Part shown: piece by piece, positions 23,769-31,027 of the stretch
Numbering within the stretch: the first letter of the stretch is position 1
Layout of the letters: each line of letters starts with the position of its first letter
IMG/VR virus record: IMGVR_UViG_3300046788_000132
Coordinates: 1 to 31,027 of that record
Direction: 5' to 3' (one strand)
Source of the DNA: a virus
Taxonomy: Duplodnaviria > Caudoviricetes
Length of the DNA: 31,027 nucleotides
Program-made: the position numbers and the translations under genes
Notes under the pieces: generated by a model
The model's database searches: none
Told to the model about the DNA's origin: nothing
Seen by the model: only the letters and a program-made list of their open reading frames with translations

Positions 23769-23817
23769 GTGCTTGCCCCGTGGGGAGTGGTGCGACACTC
23801 CCCACCAAGGAAGCACT
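23768..23817 (+). other. Intergenic long stem-loop
   Basis: Inner stem GTGGGGAGTG/CACTCCCCAC (23780-23805). Outer stem AGTGCTT/AAGCACT. Confidence 0.65.
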
Positions 23818-23846
23818 CTCGCTTTCCAACAACCAAGGAGGATCAC

Positions 23847-24155
23847 ATGGACACAAGCAGCGCACACAAGGCGGCAGTCCGGGTACACGCGATGTTCCAC
23901 TTGCCCCCGTGCCCGCCGAACGATAGCGTACTGACCGCTCTCGCCTGCGTGTTCGAGGACATGAAGTCCCATCTTCCCAGCCCGTACCTTTACAACACAT
24001 GGGAAGTGTACCTCGACGCAGCCGCAGAAGTCCTCGACGCCCACGACCGCGTGGCCGCAGCGAGCACGCAGCCCGCCATCGTCCGCAACTACAGCCACCA
24101 TATGCTGGTCGAGTGCATCCGGGAGTACTACAACGCCAGCCACCCGAGCATCTAG
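23847..24155 (+). CDS. Hypothetical protein (102 aa)
   Basis: AAGGAGG RBS before the ATG at 23847. Confidence 0.7.
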   Translation: MDTSSAHKAAVRVHAMFHLPPCPPNDSVLTALACVFEDMKSHLPSPYLYNTWEVYLDAAAEVLDAHDRVAAASTQPAIVRNYSHHMLVECIREYYNASHPSI

Positions 24156-24158
24156 GCC

Positions 24159-24475
24159 ATGCGCTACCTGGCAGCGGTTGCCCTCGGACTCGCGTTCGCG
24201 TATGTCATGGCGTCATGGCCTCTAACCTCGACTACGCCGCGTGGGAATACGGCCGAGCACGCCTGGCAAGATACAAGCTCAATCGGGTCCTGGGCCTGTA
24301 TGGTGGGAAGCGCGATAGACCAGAATGGCTCAGCCGACTGGACACCGCCGTTTCTGCGAGATGCCGCGCTGCCCGAGGCGCATTGCTGCTAGAGTATGCA
24401 CACACAACGCACAGTGTCACCGACTCCGTGGATCAAACCATGTTTGATCGCTGGGTTGAGGCGCATTGTGCGTAA
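24159..24475 (+). pseudogene. Small membrane protein gene frameshifted by an 8 bp tandem duplication
   Basis: GTCATGGC occurs twice at 24204-24219. Removing one copy gives a single 102 aa ORF, MRYLAAVALGLAFAYVMASNLDYAAWEY...EAHCA. Confidence 0.55.
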
Positions 24476-24531
24476 CGAGTGGGCTATGCCCACAGTAACC
24501 CGACGCGCTGCGGCGGGTATCAGGAGTCTAG

Positions 24532-24717
24532 GTGCTTACATGCGAACGATGCAACAGATCAACGCTACCCACGGGCCTGCGGTACTGCCCACTCTGCGGT
24601 GCCGACGTATGCGGCATGTGCTGGGATTGGCGTACTGCTAACTGCCAAGAGTGTGTGAGGAGGGACAATGCCACGCAAAACAGACGGGCTTCGCCTACAG
24701 TACGCCGAGGCGGTTGA
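24532..24717 (+). CDS. Small zinc-finger protein (four CxxC)
   Basis: AGGAG RBS and GTG start. Contains CERC, CPLC, CGMC and CQEC. Confidence 0.65.
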   Translation: MLTCERCNRSTLPTGLRYCPLCGADVCGMCWDWRTANCQECVRRDNATQNRRASPTVRRGG

Positions 24718-25339
24718 CTGGATTCCCGCATTCCCCGAGGGTACGTACCTCTCGATACGGGACTCATCCTACAACGTCGCGGGCAAAGACATACAGGGCG
24801 ACAGGTATCCCATTGGCCTAATGCTTCAACTAACCCGCGACCAGGCCGTCGAGATTTTCACGCAGTGCTTCCCGCCGGAGAAAGGCCGGTGTTTCACCTT
24901 GGAGGTACACCCGAACGACGACCGCCAGTACTACGGGACATTCCCCGACGGCGTGCCGATAGACTTCTACGGGCTCAGCGACGAGTGCTGCACGATAATC
25001 CGCGAGTACAACAAGAAGTGCAAGATCAACGCCGAGGCAACCGAGGATAGCGAGTGCAAGCTCTGCGGATGCGAGTGCTCCGACTGCGCGTGCGGCACGG
25101 ACGGGGGCGGCGGTTGCTCAGACTGCGACTGCAACAACGACCCGAGTTACTGCAACGACTGCGAGGACTCGCCGTGCGTGTGCGAGCCCGACGACGAGGA
25201 CGACCCCGACGAGCCCGACGGATTTCGCGAGTCTTGCGGCTGCATAGATTGCGTACGCTACCGCACCAAGCGCGACGGCGAGCCCGACGAGTTTCCCGAA
25301 CTACCACCCGACCCCGAGGAGGAATCTGATGAAAGTTGA
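24668..25339 (+). CDS. Protein with Cys/Asp/Glu-rich C-terminal region
   Basis: GAGGAGG RBS. CKLCGCECSDCAC...CSDCDC...CNDCEDSPCVC...CGCIDC. Confidence 0.75.
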   Translation: MPRKTDGLRLQYAEAVDWIPAFPEGTYLSIRDSSYNVAGKDIQGDRYPIGLMLQLTRDQAVEIFTQCFPPEKGRCFTLEVHPNDDRQYYGTFPDGVPIDFYGLSDECCTIIREYNKKCKINAEATEDSECKLCGCECSDCACGTDGGGGCSDCDCNNDPSYCNDCEDSPCVCEPDDEDDPDEPDGFRESCGCIDCVRYRTKRDGEPDEFPELPPDPEEESDES

Positions 25340-25622
25340 ACTGACAGGCAGGAATGTATCCCACTTGCTGACCGCGGGACTGACCGCAGTCTACGCCCGG
25401 TCGTGCCCGCCGGCCCACGTAAACGACCTCATCACGGCGCTTTGCGTACTCTCCGTGCAAGCAGGCGTGCCGAACGACAAGTTCGAGCGCCTGCTCGCAG
25501 CCGCGAAAGCCGGCGAGATGCCCGACGACCTCGACGGCCTAGGCATCGAGGACGACGAGCCCGAGGCGACCGGCTGGGACAGCTACACACCCGGCAAGAA
25601 GGGACCGATCAACAGCCTATGA
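25329..25622 (+). CDS. Hypothetical protein
   Basis: GGAGGA RBS. Overlaps its neighbours. Confidence 0.7.
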   Translation: MKVELTGRNVSHLLTAGLTAVYARSCPPAHVNDLITALCVLSVQAGVPNDKFERLLAAAKAGEMPDDLDGLGIEDDEPEATGWDSYTPGKKGPINSL

Positions 25623-25825
25623 TCCGTCCGAGAACCGTGGGCGAACTGCGTGAGTTTCTCCGCAGTTTTACCGACGAGTGTCCAGTGTACCATTTTCAAT
25701 TCGAGGGTGAGGACGGCGAGGTCAACGCATACACAACCGTCGAGGTGACATACACCATCGAGGACGGCTACGGAGCCGTCCAGATCAGTCCAGGCGATCA
25801 CCTAGAAAGGCGACCCCATGAGTGA
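25619..25825 (+). CDS. Hypothetical protein (TVGELREFL...DxPV type, 68 aa)
   Basis: ATGA overlap. Common small phage protein N-terminal pattern. Confidence 0.65.
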   Translation: MIRPRTVGELREFLRSFTDECPVYHFQFEGEDGEVNAYTTVEVTYTIEDGYGAVQISPGDHLERRPHE

Positions 25826-26873
25826 CGACAGCGCAGCGTCCCAGCTAGCCGGTGGTCAGGGCTCCATCACCCGGCCATCGTTGACGGGGCAACCTCCCTC
25901 CGCTGGGGCGTTGCGCCGTCGGCGCTCAGGAATTGACCCTGTGGACGGACGCCTGTGGTTCAGCGACTCGGCGCTTCGCGCCGTGGCCCGCTGTGACACG
26001 GAAGCGGCGTTGAAATACGCGCTGCGCCGTACAACCATCGGTGAGTCAGTAGCTCTGAGCGTCGGGATCGCGGTCCATGAGGCCGACGCAGTGTTCATGA
26101 AGGAGGGATCAGTAGATACCGCAATCACAGCCCTGCGTGCTGCGTACGACCGGCTGGAACTCACCGGCATGGCAGAGGTCACGCCCAAGGGGTATCCCGA
26201 AGGGCGGACCATCGGGAACGTCGCGCGGATTTGCCGCGAGTGGTGGGGCCGGCGGCGTGTCGACGTCCCGTATGAGATACTCCCACAGTGGGTCGAGGTG
26301 CCGTTCGCTGTGCCGCTGTCCGACATGCCGGGTGCCCCTGTGTACTTCGGGGTGATCGACTCTATCGTTCGCAGCAAAGCCGACGGGTACCTCTACGTGC
26401 GGGACCTCAAGACCACAACCAAGCGGCTCGACGCCTGGTGGATGAAGCAGTTCGTCAAGTCCACCCAGGGGTCCGGCTACGTGTGGGCGGCGAACGTCTC
26501 CCTTGGGGAGCCCATCGCGGGCTTCATCATCGACGCGCTACACCTGGGGCATCTCCCCGGCAGCGACCGGGCCTGCAAGGCCCACCCGGGGCTCAAGTTC
26601 GCGGACTGCGGCCACCTTCACATGGAATCCACCCTCGCCCACTTCTCGCGTACGCAAGACGACGTCAACGAGTGGAAGCGCGACGCGCTATTCTTCGCCT
26701 CCGACCTGGACGAAACGATCCGCTTCACCACCACCTTCGAGGAACTCCTCGAACAGCCGATGCGCGGCATGTTCGCCGGCATCTGCCAGAACTGCGACTT
26801 CTTCGACTTCTGTGACGCAAACCGCAACCCCAACATGGGACGCATCATGACAGTAGAAATGGAGGACAGATGA
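25818..26873 (+). CDS. PD-(D/E)xK Cas4/RecB-like exonuclease
   Basis: Motifs SDSAL...C, GIAVHE, VEVPF, GVIDSIV, RDLKTT, QGSGY and C-terminal CQNCDFFDFC. Confidence 0.88.
   Translation: MSDDSAASQLAGGQGSITRPSLTGQPPSAGALRRRRSGIDPVDGRLWFSDSALRAVARCDTEAALKYALRRTTIGESVALSVGIAVHEADAVFMKEGSVDTAITALRAAYDRLELTGMAEVTPKGYPEGRTIGNVARICREWWGRRRVDVPYEILPQWVEVPFAVPLSDMPGAPVYFGVIDSIVRSKADGYLYVRDLKTTTKRLDAWWMKQFVKSTQGSGYVWAANVSLGEPIAGFIIDALHLGHLPGSDRACKAHPGLKFADCGHLHMESTLAHFSRTQDDVNEWKRDALFFASDLDETIRFTTTFEELLEQPMRGMFAGICQNCDFFDFCDANRNPNMGRIMTVEMEDR
26112..26128 (+). promoter_or_regulatory. GTAGATACCGCAATCAC motif copy (intragenic)
   Basis: TCAGTAGATACCGCAATCAC (26109-26128) is 17/20 identical to the 16787-16806 copy. 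Confidence 0.55.
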
Positions 26874-27229
26874 AACAGTTTACCTACCGAGTCACCTACG
26901 TGGCTGAGTTCACCGTCAAAGCCGAGGACGAGGACCAGGCCAGCGACCTCGCGAGCAACCATGCCAGCAGCGGCGAGTCGTGGGTGTCAAACGACGACCC
27001 ATGTGAGTCCTTTAGCGTCGAGCTAGAGGAAGTGGAGCTAACCGACACCGAGGACCTCGATGAGCCCCTGTTCGACCTCGGCATCAGCTTCATCCAGCAC
27101 CCCGAGAACACTCCCAACATGGGCGTGGTCCATTTCGAGGATGGTGACAAGCGATACTTCCTGCGCTACTACGTTCTGTCGCCGTCCAACTTGGAGTTCG
27201 TCGGCGGAAAGGAAGCCGTCGCCGCATGA
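26870..27229 (+). CDS. Acidic hypothetical protein
   Basis: GGAGG RBS. ATGA overlaps at both ends. Confidence 0.75.
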   Translation: MKQFTYRVTYVAEFTVKAEDEDQASDLASNHASSGESWVSNDDPCESFSVELEEVELTDTEDLDEPLFDLGISFIQHPENTPNMGVVHFEDGDKRYFLRYYVLSPSNLEFVGGKEAVAA

Positions 27230-28044
27230 AGCTGTCCCTCCCCCTCATCCACTGCATCGCCATGTCGCCGCCGCTAGGCGGCAAGTCCACCTTCTTCGCC
27301 ACCTGGGTTGAGTGGTTCGCCAAGCACACCAAGAAGCCGACGCTCATCCTCGGCTTCGACAAGCAGACCAAGTTCGATCCGTACCGGGTGCTGGGCAACA
27401 AGTACGACCTCTCCGTGGGCGAAGTCGGCCAGCCCATCACCCGCATCCTCCGCGGTGACACGATGTTGTGCCAGATAGAACACTTCGTGGACGACGACCC
27501 GCGGAAGCCCCACGCCTACGCTCAGTACATGGACCGCTGGAACAGCATCAAGGACGACGTCAACCTCCACGGGAAGTACGGTCTTGTTCTACTGGACAGC
27601 ACGTCGTTCCTAGAAACCGCGTCCACCTGGCACAACCAGTACCTCAAGTACCCGCACCCCGACAACGAGCGAAAGTACGGCTGGAACTCGTTCGTCACGA
27701 GGGACCTCCGGGAAGTCCTCCACGGCCAACTGACGTCCCTGACGTGCCACGTCGGCGTCGCCGTCCACATCCACATCAGCCCCGACGAAGGCATCGAGGG
27801 CATGGCGAAGAACCCACACGTCCCCGGCCAGTTGCGTCCGCACCTCGCTGGTGCCTATAACGCGGTGGTGCGGATTTACGAGGAGGGTGGGCAGCGCGTA
27901 TTGCAGACGTCCATGCGGGACGGCTATGCCTGCGGCACGTCGGCCATGATCGACGCGCCCGATCCCTGTGCCCCCACGTTCGAGTCCTTCATCTCGAACA
28001 TCATCCGTAAACAAAGAAAGGAACAAACTAGTGCAAGTGAATGA
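27226..28044 (+). CDS. Sak4/AAA_24-like P-loop ATPase (recombination)
   Basis: SPPLGGKST Walker A, LVLLDSTS Walker B and VAVH. Lies between the exonuclease and the SSB. Confidence 0.75.
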   Translation: MKLSLPLIHCIAMSPPLGGKSTFFATWVEWFAKHTKKPTLILGFDKQTKFDPYRVLGNKYDLSVGEVGQPITRILRGDTMLCQIEHFVDDDPRKPHAYAQYMDRWNSIKDDVNLHGKYGLVLLDSTSFLETASTWHNQYLKYPHPDNERKYGWNSFVTRDLREVLHGQLTSLTCHVGVAVHIHISPDEGIEGMAKNPHVPGQLRPHLAGAYNAVVRIYEEGGQRVLQTSMRDGYACGTSAMIDAPDPCAPTFESFISNIIRKQRKEQTSASE

Positions 28045-28294
28045 TCCCCACAAGTTGACGAAGCTGCGGCTCATCAACATCGGGATGCTCGAACTCGATG
28101 GACGCCCCATGGTGGCGTTCCTCGTGGGTCCGTTCCCCAAGCCCGCCAAGATTCTCAAGCGCAAGACTCTCAAGGCCACCAAACCGCCCCCCGTCGTCCC
28201 CGCCTCCGGGGTCGTCTACATTAGCCCCGCAGACGTGGACCGCCTCGTCAACATCATCCACGCCTCCAAAACCCTCGCAGACAACGCGAGATAG
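28031..28294 (+). CDS. Hypothetical protein
   Basis: AAGGAA RBS before the GTG at 28031. Confidence 0.6.
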   Translation: MQVNDPHKLTKLRLINIGMLELDGRPMVAFLVGPFPKPAKILKRKTLKATKPPPVVPASGVVYISPADVDRLVNIIHASKTLADNAR

Positions 28295-28303
28295 AAAGGA
28301 ACT

Positions 28304-28885
28304 ATGTCCACACCTGCATACCTCGAAAACATCCGCACCGGCAACATCTACGAGACCGGCTCGTACCCCGTCGACATCGAGGACTGGCGCTTCGATGAGC
28401 GGACCAAGGCGTCCGGCATCAAGCAGTTCACCCTCGTCGGTCGCTTCCGCAAGGACAGCCCCAAGTACGCCAACCGGCAGTGCTGGGTCCGCTTCCTCGT
28501 CGGCTCCAAGGTCGACCCCGACGGCCTGGACCCCGCAACCCAGGAGCGCGGCGGCGACTTCAAGCGGCTCAAGGAAATCCTGGAGTCCACGAAGTCCGTC
28601 CAGAACGGCAAGTCCTGGGAGGACCAGCTGGTCGCCACCAAGGGCAAGGCCGTCCAGATGCGGGTCCAGTTCTACCTGGACGACGGAGTCCGCAAGGACG
28701 CCAACGGCAACCAGTACATCGACCAGGAGTACAAGGGCCGCGAGCAGAACCGCTTCTACTTCGGCAAGCTCCGCAACCAGCCCGCGCAGGCCGGCAACGG
28801 GGTAGATACCGCAGTCAGTGGCCGAGTCGTCGGTGAGGTGACTCCGGTCCAGCCCGCAGAGGACATCGAGGTCTTCGATGACTAA
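28304..28885 (+). CDS. Single-stranded DNA-binding protein (DUF669-like OB fold)
   Basis: AAGGA RBS. Motifs GSYPVDI, YANRQCW, KGKAVQMRV and EYKGREQNR, plus acidic tail EDIEVFDD. Confidence 0.75.
   Translation: MSTPAYLENIRTGNIYETGSYPVDIEDWRFDERTKASGIKQFTLVGRFRKDSPKYANRQCWVRFLVGSKVDPDGLDPATQERGGDFKRLKEILESTKSVQNGKSWEDQLVATKGKAVQMRVQFYLDDGVRKDANGNQYIDQEYKGREQNRFYFGKLRNQPAQAGNGVDTAVSGRVVGEVTPVQPAEDIEVFDD
28802..28818 (+). promoter_or_regulatory. GTAGATACCGCAGTCAG motif copy (3' end of the SSB gene)
   Basis: 14/17 identical to the terminase-region copies. Confidence 0.5.
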
Positions 28886-29273
28886 CGGGCAGGTCGAACA
28901 CTACTTCTCGAACCCCAAGAACGCGGCCAAGGCGGGCCACCTGGGGGGCAAGGCCCGGTGGGCCAAGGTGAGGCGCGAGAAGCGCCTCGCGGAACTGCTG
29001 GCCAAGGAGGCCAACGGCAACGGCCACGCCTCCCACAACACCTACGTCAAGGACCCGGAGTACGTCTCGTACGGCCTGCCCGTCGACACGGTGCCCAGTC
29101 CCGCCAAGACGAGCCGCCAGAAGCTCTACGACTTCGTGCGCCAGAACAAGGGCAAGTGGGTTCCCGTGTACTGCAAGGACGAGCGGTTCGCCAAGTCCCT
29201 GCAGATGATTGCCGCCGGCAACGGGTTCAAGACCGCGGTGCGCGGCAAGGCGCTGTACCTGAAGGTCAAGTGA
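28878..29273 (+). CDS. Basic protein with KGG-like motif, possible DNA binder
   Basis: AAKAGHLGGKARWAK motif. GAGG RBS. Confidence 0.7.
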   Translation: MTNGQVEHYFSNPKNAAKAGHLGGKARWAKVRREKRLAELLAKEANGNGHASHNTYVKDPEYVSYGLPVDTVPSPAKTSRQKLYDFVRQNKGKWVPVYCKDERFAKSLQMIAAGNGFKTAVRGKALYLKVK

Positions 29274-29458
29274 ACGACCTCGGAAGCACCATCGCGGGCG
29301 TGCTGGGCCTGGGCATTCTGTTCTGTGTCCTGTGCGTAGCCTCCCTCGGTGCGGTGATGTTCGCCTCACTCACCTTCCGCGTCGTGCTGTTCAACTTCCA
29401 GTACGCCCTGTGGTACTTCGGCTGGCGGGAGAAGGTCAAGGATAGCTGGGTCGCATGA
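29270..29458 (+). CDS. Small membrane protein (62 aa)
   Basis: GTGA and ATGA overlaps. Long hydrophobic segment. Confidence 0.65.
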   Translation: MNDLGSTIAGVLGLGILFCVLCVASLGAVMFASLTFRVVLFNFQYALWYFGWREKVKDSWVA

Positions 29459-29829
29459 CCAAGACCATCAAGTACACCTGGAAGGACGGCCACTCTGAGG
29501 AGGTGGTCGTCCCCATTCACATTCTCGACAAGGCCAAGTCCGGCGACGAGACCGCCAAGGCCCAGATCAAGCACGCAGCCGAGCAGCTGCGGGCACGCCA
29601 CGCCCCGGCGGACACCACACCCACAGGCGTAGGCGACAGCCCCGAGGACTCCCTCTCATCCTCCATCATGTGTCCAGTCTGCAAGGAGGTGCTAACCTTG
29701 GGCACCATCAAAGAGCACGTTGACGTCTGCCACCGGGCGTTCCTCGAACGGCTCGCACGAGACGATGATCCGTTTCCGGGACGGAAGGAATCGGTCCTGG
29801 GGCACGATCCGCGAACAGGAGAGAAGTGA
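29455..29829 (+). CDS. Protein with CCHC (UBZ4/Rad18-like) zinc finger
   Basis: CPVCKEVLTLGTIKEHVDVC. Confidence 0.7.
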   Translation: MTKTIKYTWKDGHSEEVVVPIHILDKAKSGDETAKAQIKHAAEQLRARHAPADTTPTGVGDSPEDSLSSSIMCPVCKEVLTLGTIKEHVDVCHRAFLERLARDDDPFPGRKESVLGHDPRTGEK

Positions 29830-29830
29830 C

Positions 29831-30964
29831 ATGCGTACAGCAATCTTTCTAGGGTTGGTTTCGATTTTCATCGCGGCGCGCGGAAGCGCCGAATGTCTGC
29901 CCGATCAGGCGTACTGTGACGCAGCGCCAGGGGATTGCTGTGCGGGCCTGGCCTGCGTCAACCACCGCTGCCGGGGGGAGACGGTCACCACGGTGACCGC
30001 CCCCACCACCACCTCGGAGGTCGTCGTTACAACTACGAGCGAGCCATTGCCGCCGACGACCTCCACCACCCTGCCGGTATCCAACATCGAGTTCCCCCTG
30101 CGGTTCCCGGCGGACGCGCTGTCGCTCTCCCGCCCAGCAAACACCGTTCTACTGGACCCCCGCGACGGGTCCCCGGCCACCGAGTACGTCCGCTTCGTGG
30201 AGTCCATGCAGATCAACTGGCAGTACCTCCCCGAGGTCATCAACGCCTACCCGCCGGGGGTTCACCTCGACGTGGTCGCAATCCAAGACACCGTCTCTAA
30301 GTTCGGCATCAACTACGTCATCCGAGGCGGCGACACCTACGAGTGGTTCCATCCAACATACGAATGGTACATCCCCCGACACATCATGCAGCACCTCGTA
30401 GACGCGGGCGGCAGCGCCCCCATCACCGCACCGTACGTCCAGCCCGACGGGGAGCCCCTCCACCTCGGGGCCACCGCGGGCCGCTTGGATCAGCTGCCGG
30501 GGACCCCGCTAACCCCCCTGCAGTGTGCCGCCCTCGACCTGGCCTCCGAAGCCCACGACAAGCAAGCCTTGGCGTACATCGCCGGGGACGAGGCCCTCGC
30601 CGCCTGGTGGGGTACCCAAGTCCTCCCTGACCAAGTCGCCTTCGAGTACACCGCGGCCAGCCTAGCCGAGGAACAACTGTTCACCCTCATCTTCACGGGC
30701 CACATCAACCTCGACAACACGACCAACATCCCGCTCACGCGAGGCGTCATCGCCGCCCACATGCGGTGGCACACGGCCTTCAACTGTGGCACCGGCCTGC
30801 CCCCAGACCGTGACGCAATCCAGCGCGCGATGCTCGACCACGCCGAGTGGCACTTCTGTCGCGCGATCCATCGTCCAGATGTTGTGTTGCGGACCGTCTG
30901 CAACGGCAACATTGACGACTGCCCACGCATGACCTGCGACGAACTCGCGGCGACTGCTGGGTAA
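29831..30964 (+). CDS. Secreted protein: signal peptide, cystine-knot-like module, Thr-rich linker, His-rich domain (377 aa)
   Basis: AGGAG RBS. Reads MRTAIFLGLVSIFIAARGSA-E, then CLPDQAYCDAAPGDCCAGLACVNHRC, TTSTTLP, HMRWH and HAEWH. Confidence 0.8.
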   Translation: MRTAIFLGLVSIFIAARGSAECLPDQAYCDAAPGDCCAGLACVNHRCRGETVTTVTAPTTTSEVVVTTTSEPLPPTTSTTLPVSNIEFPLRFPADALSLSRPANTVLLDPRDGSPATEYVRFVESMQINWQYLPEVINAYPPGVHLDVVAIQDTVSKFGINYVIRGGDTYEWFHPTYEWYIPRHIMQHLVDAGGSAPITAPYVQPDGEPLHLGATAGRLDQLPGTPLTPLQCAALDLASEAHDKQALAYIAGDEALAAWWGTQVLPDQVAFEYTAASLAEEQLFTLIFTGHINLDNTTNIPLTRGVIAAHMRWHTAFNCGTGLPPDRDAIQRAMLDHAEWHFCRAIHRPDVVLRTVCNGNIDDCPRMTCDELAATAG

Positions 30965-31027
30965 TCCACAAGAAGGGAGAAACTACCTCTCGGAAGCATC
31001 GGGCCTGGTGGAGCAGGTTGACAGGGT

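Noticed and set aside
25818-26873. Cas4-like gene as evidence of a CRISPR system
   Set aside because: There is no array or other cas gene. The context with a Sak4-like ATPase and SSB is a standard phage recombination module.
30847-30863. Additional TGGCAC-N-GC sigma54-like match
   Set aside because: It is intragenic, has a poor -12 element, and is explained by Trp-His codons.
20063-30999. Long minus-strand ORFs over the right arm (e.g. 20491-21624, 21766-22485, 22516-23430)
   Set aside because: They are shadows of well-supported, tightly coupled plus-strand genes.

Overview
The whole window is an internal ~31 kb piece of a GC-rich tailed phage genome of short-tailed (podovirus-like) organisation. 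I see no host housekeeping genes, integrase, tRNA or CRISPR array. Two gene arms diverge from a non-coding control region at 19251-20002. The left arm (minus strand) is late/morphogenetic. In transcription order it holds TerS, an endolysin, a large terminase split into separate ATPase and nuclease genes, holin-like and lipoprotein genes, four small very basic proteins, a divergent PurD-like ATP-grasp ligase, portal, scaffold, major capsid, adaptor, and Cys-rich fibre/beta-helix proteins. The right arm (plus strand) is early: small proteins, a classical AAA+ ATPase, a Cas4-like nuclease/Sak4-like ATPase/SSB module, and a secreted knottin-bearing protein. The most notable observations are: (1) tail-module fibre proteins starting with Sec-type signal peptides; (2) back-to-back sigma54 promoters beside a ~310 bp nested palindrome resembling a DnaA-box/DnaA-trio origin; (3) a recurrent GTAGATACCG motif at terminase gene starts and at the TerL split; (4) an ATP-grasp ligase coupled to Lys-rich proteins in the head module. 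Protein style suggests a Binatota/Myxococcota-type host (inference only). All family calls are from motif recognition, not database searches.
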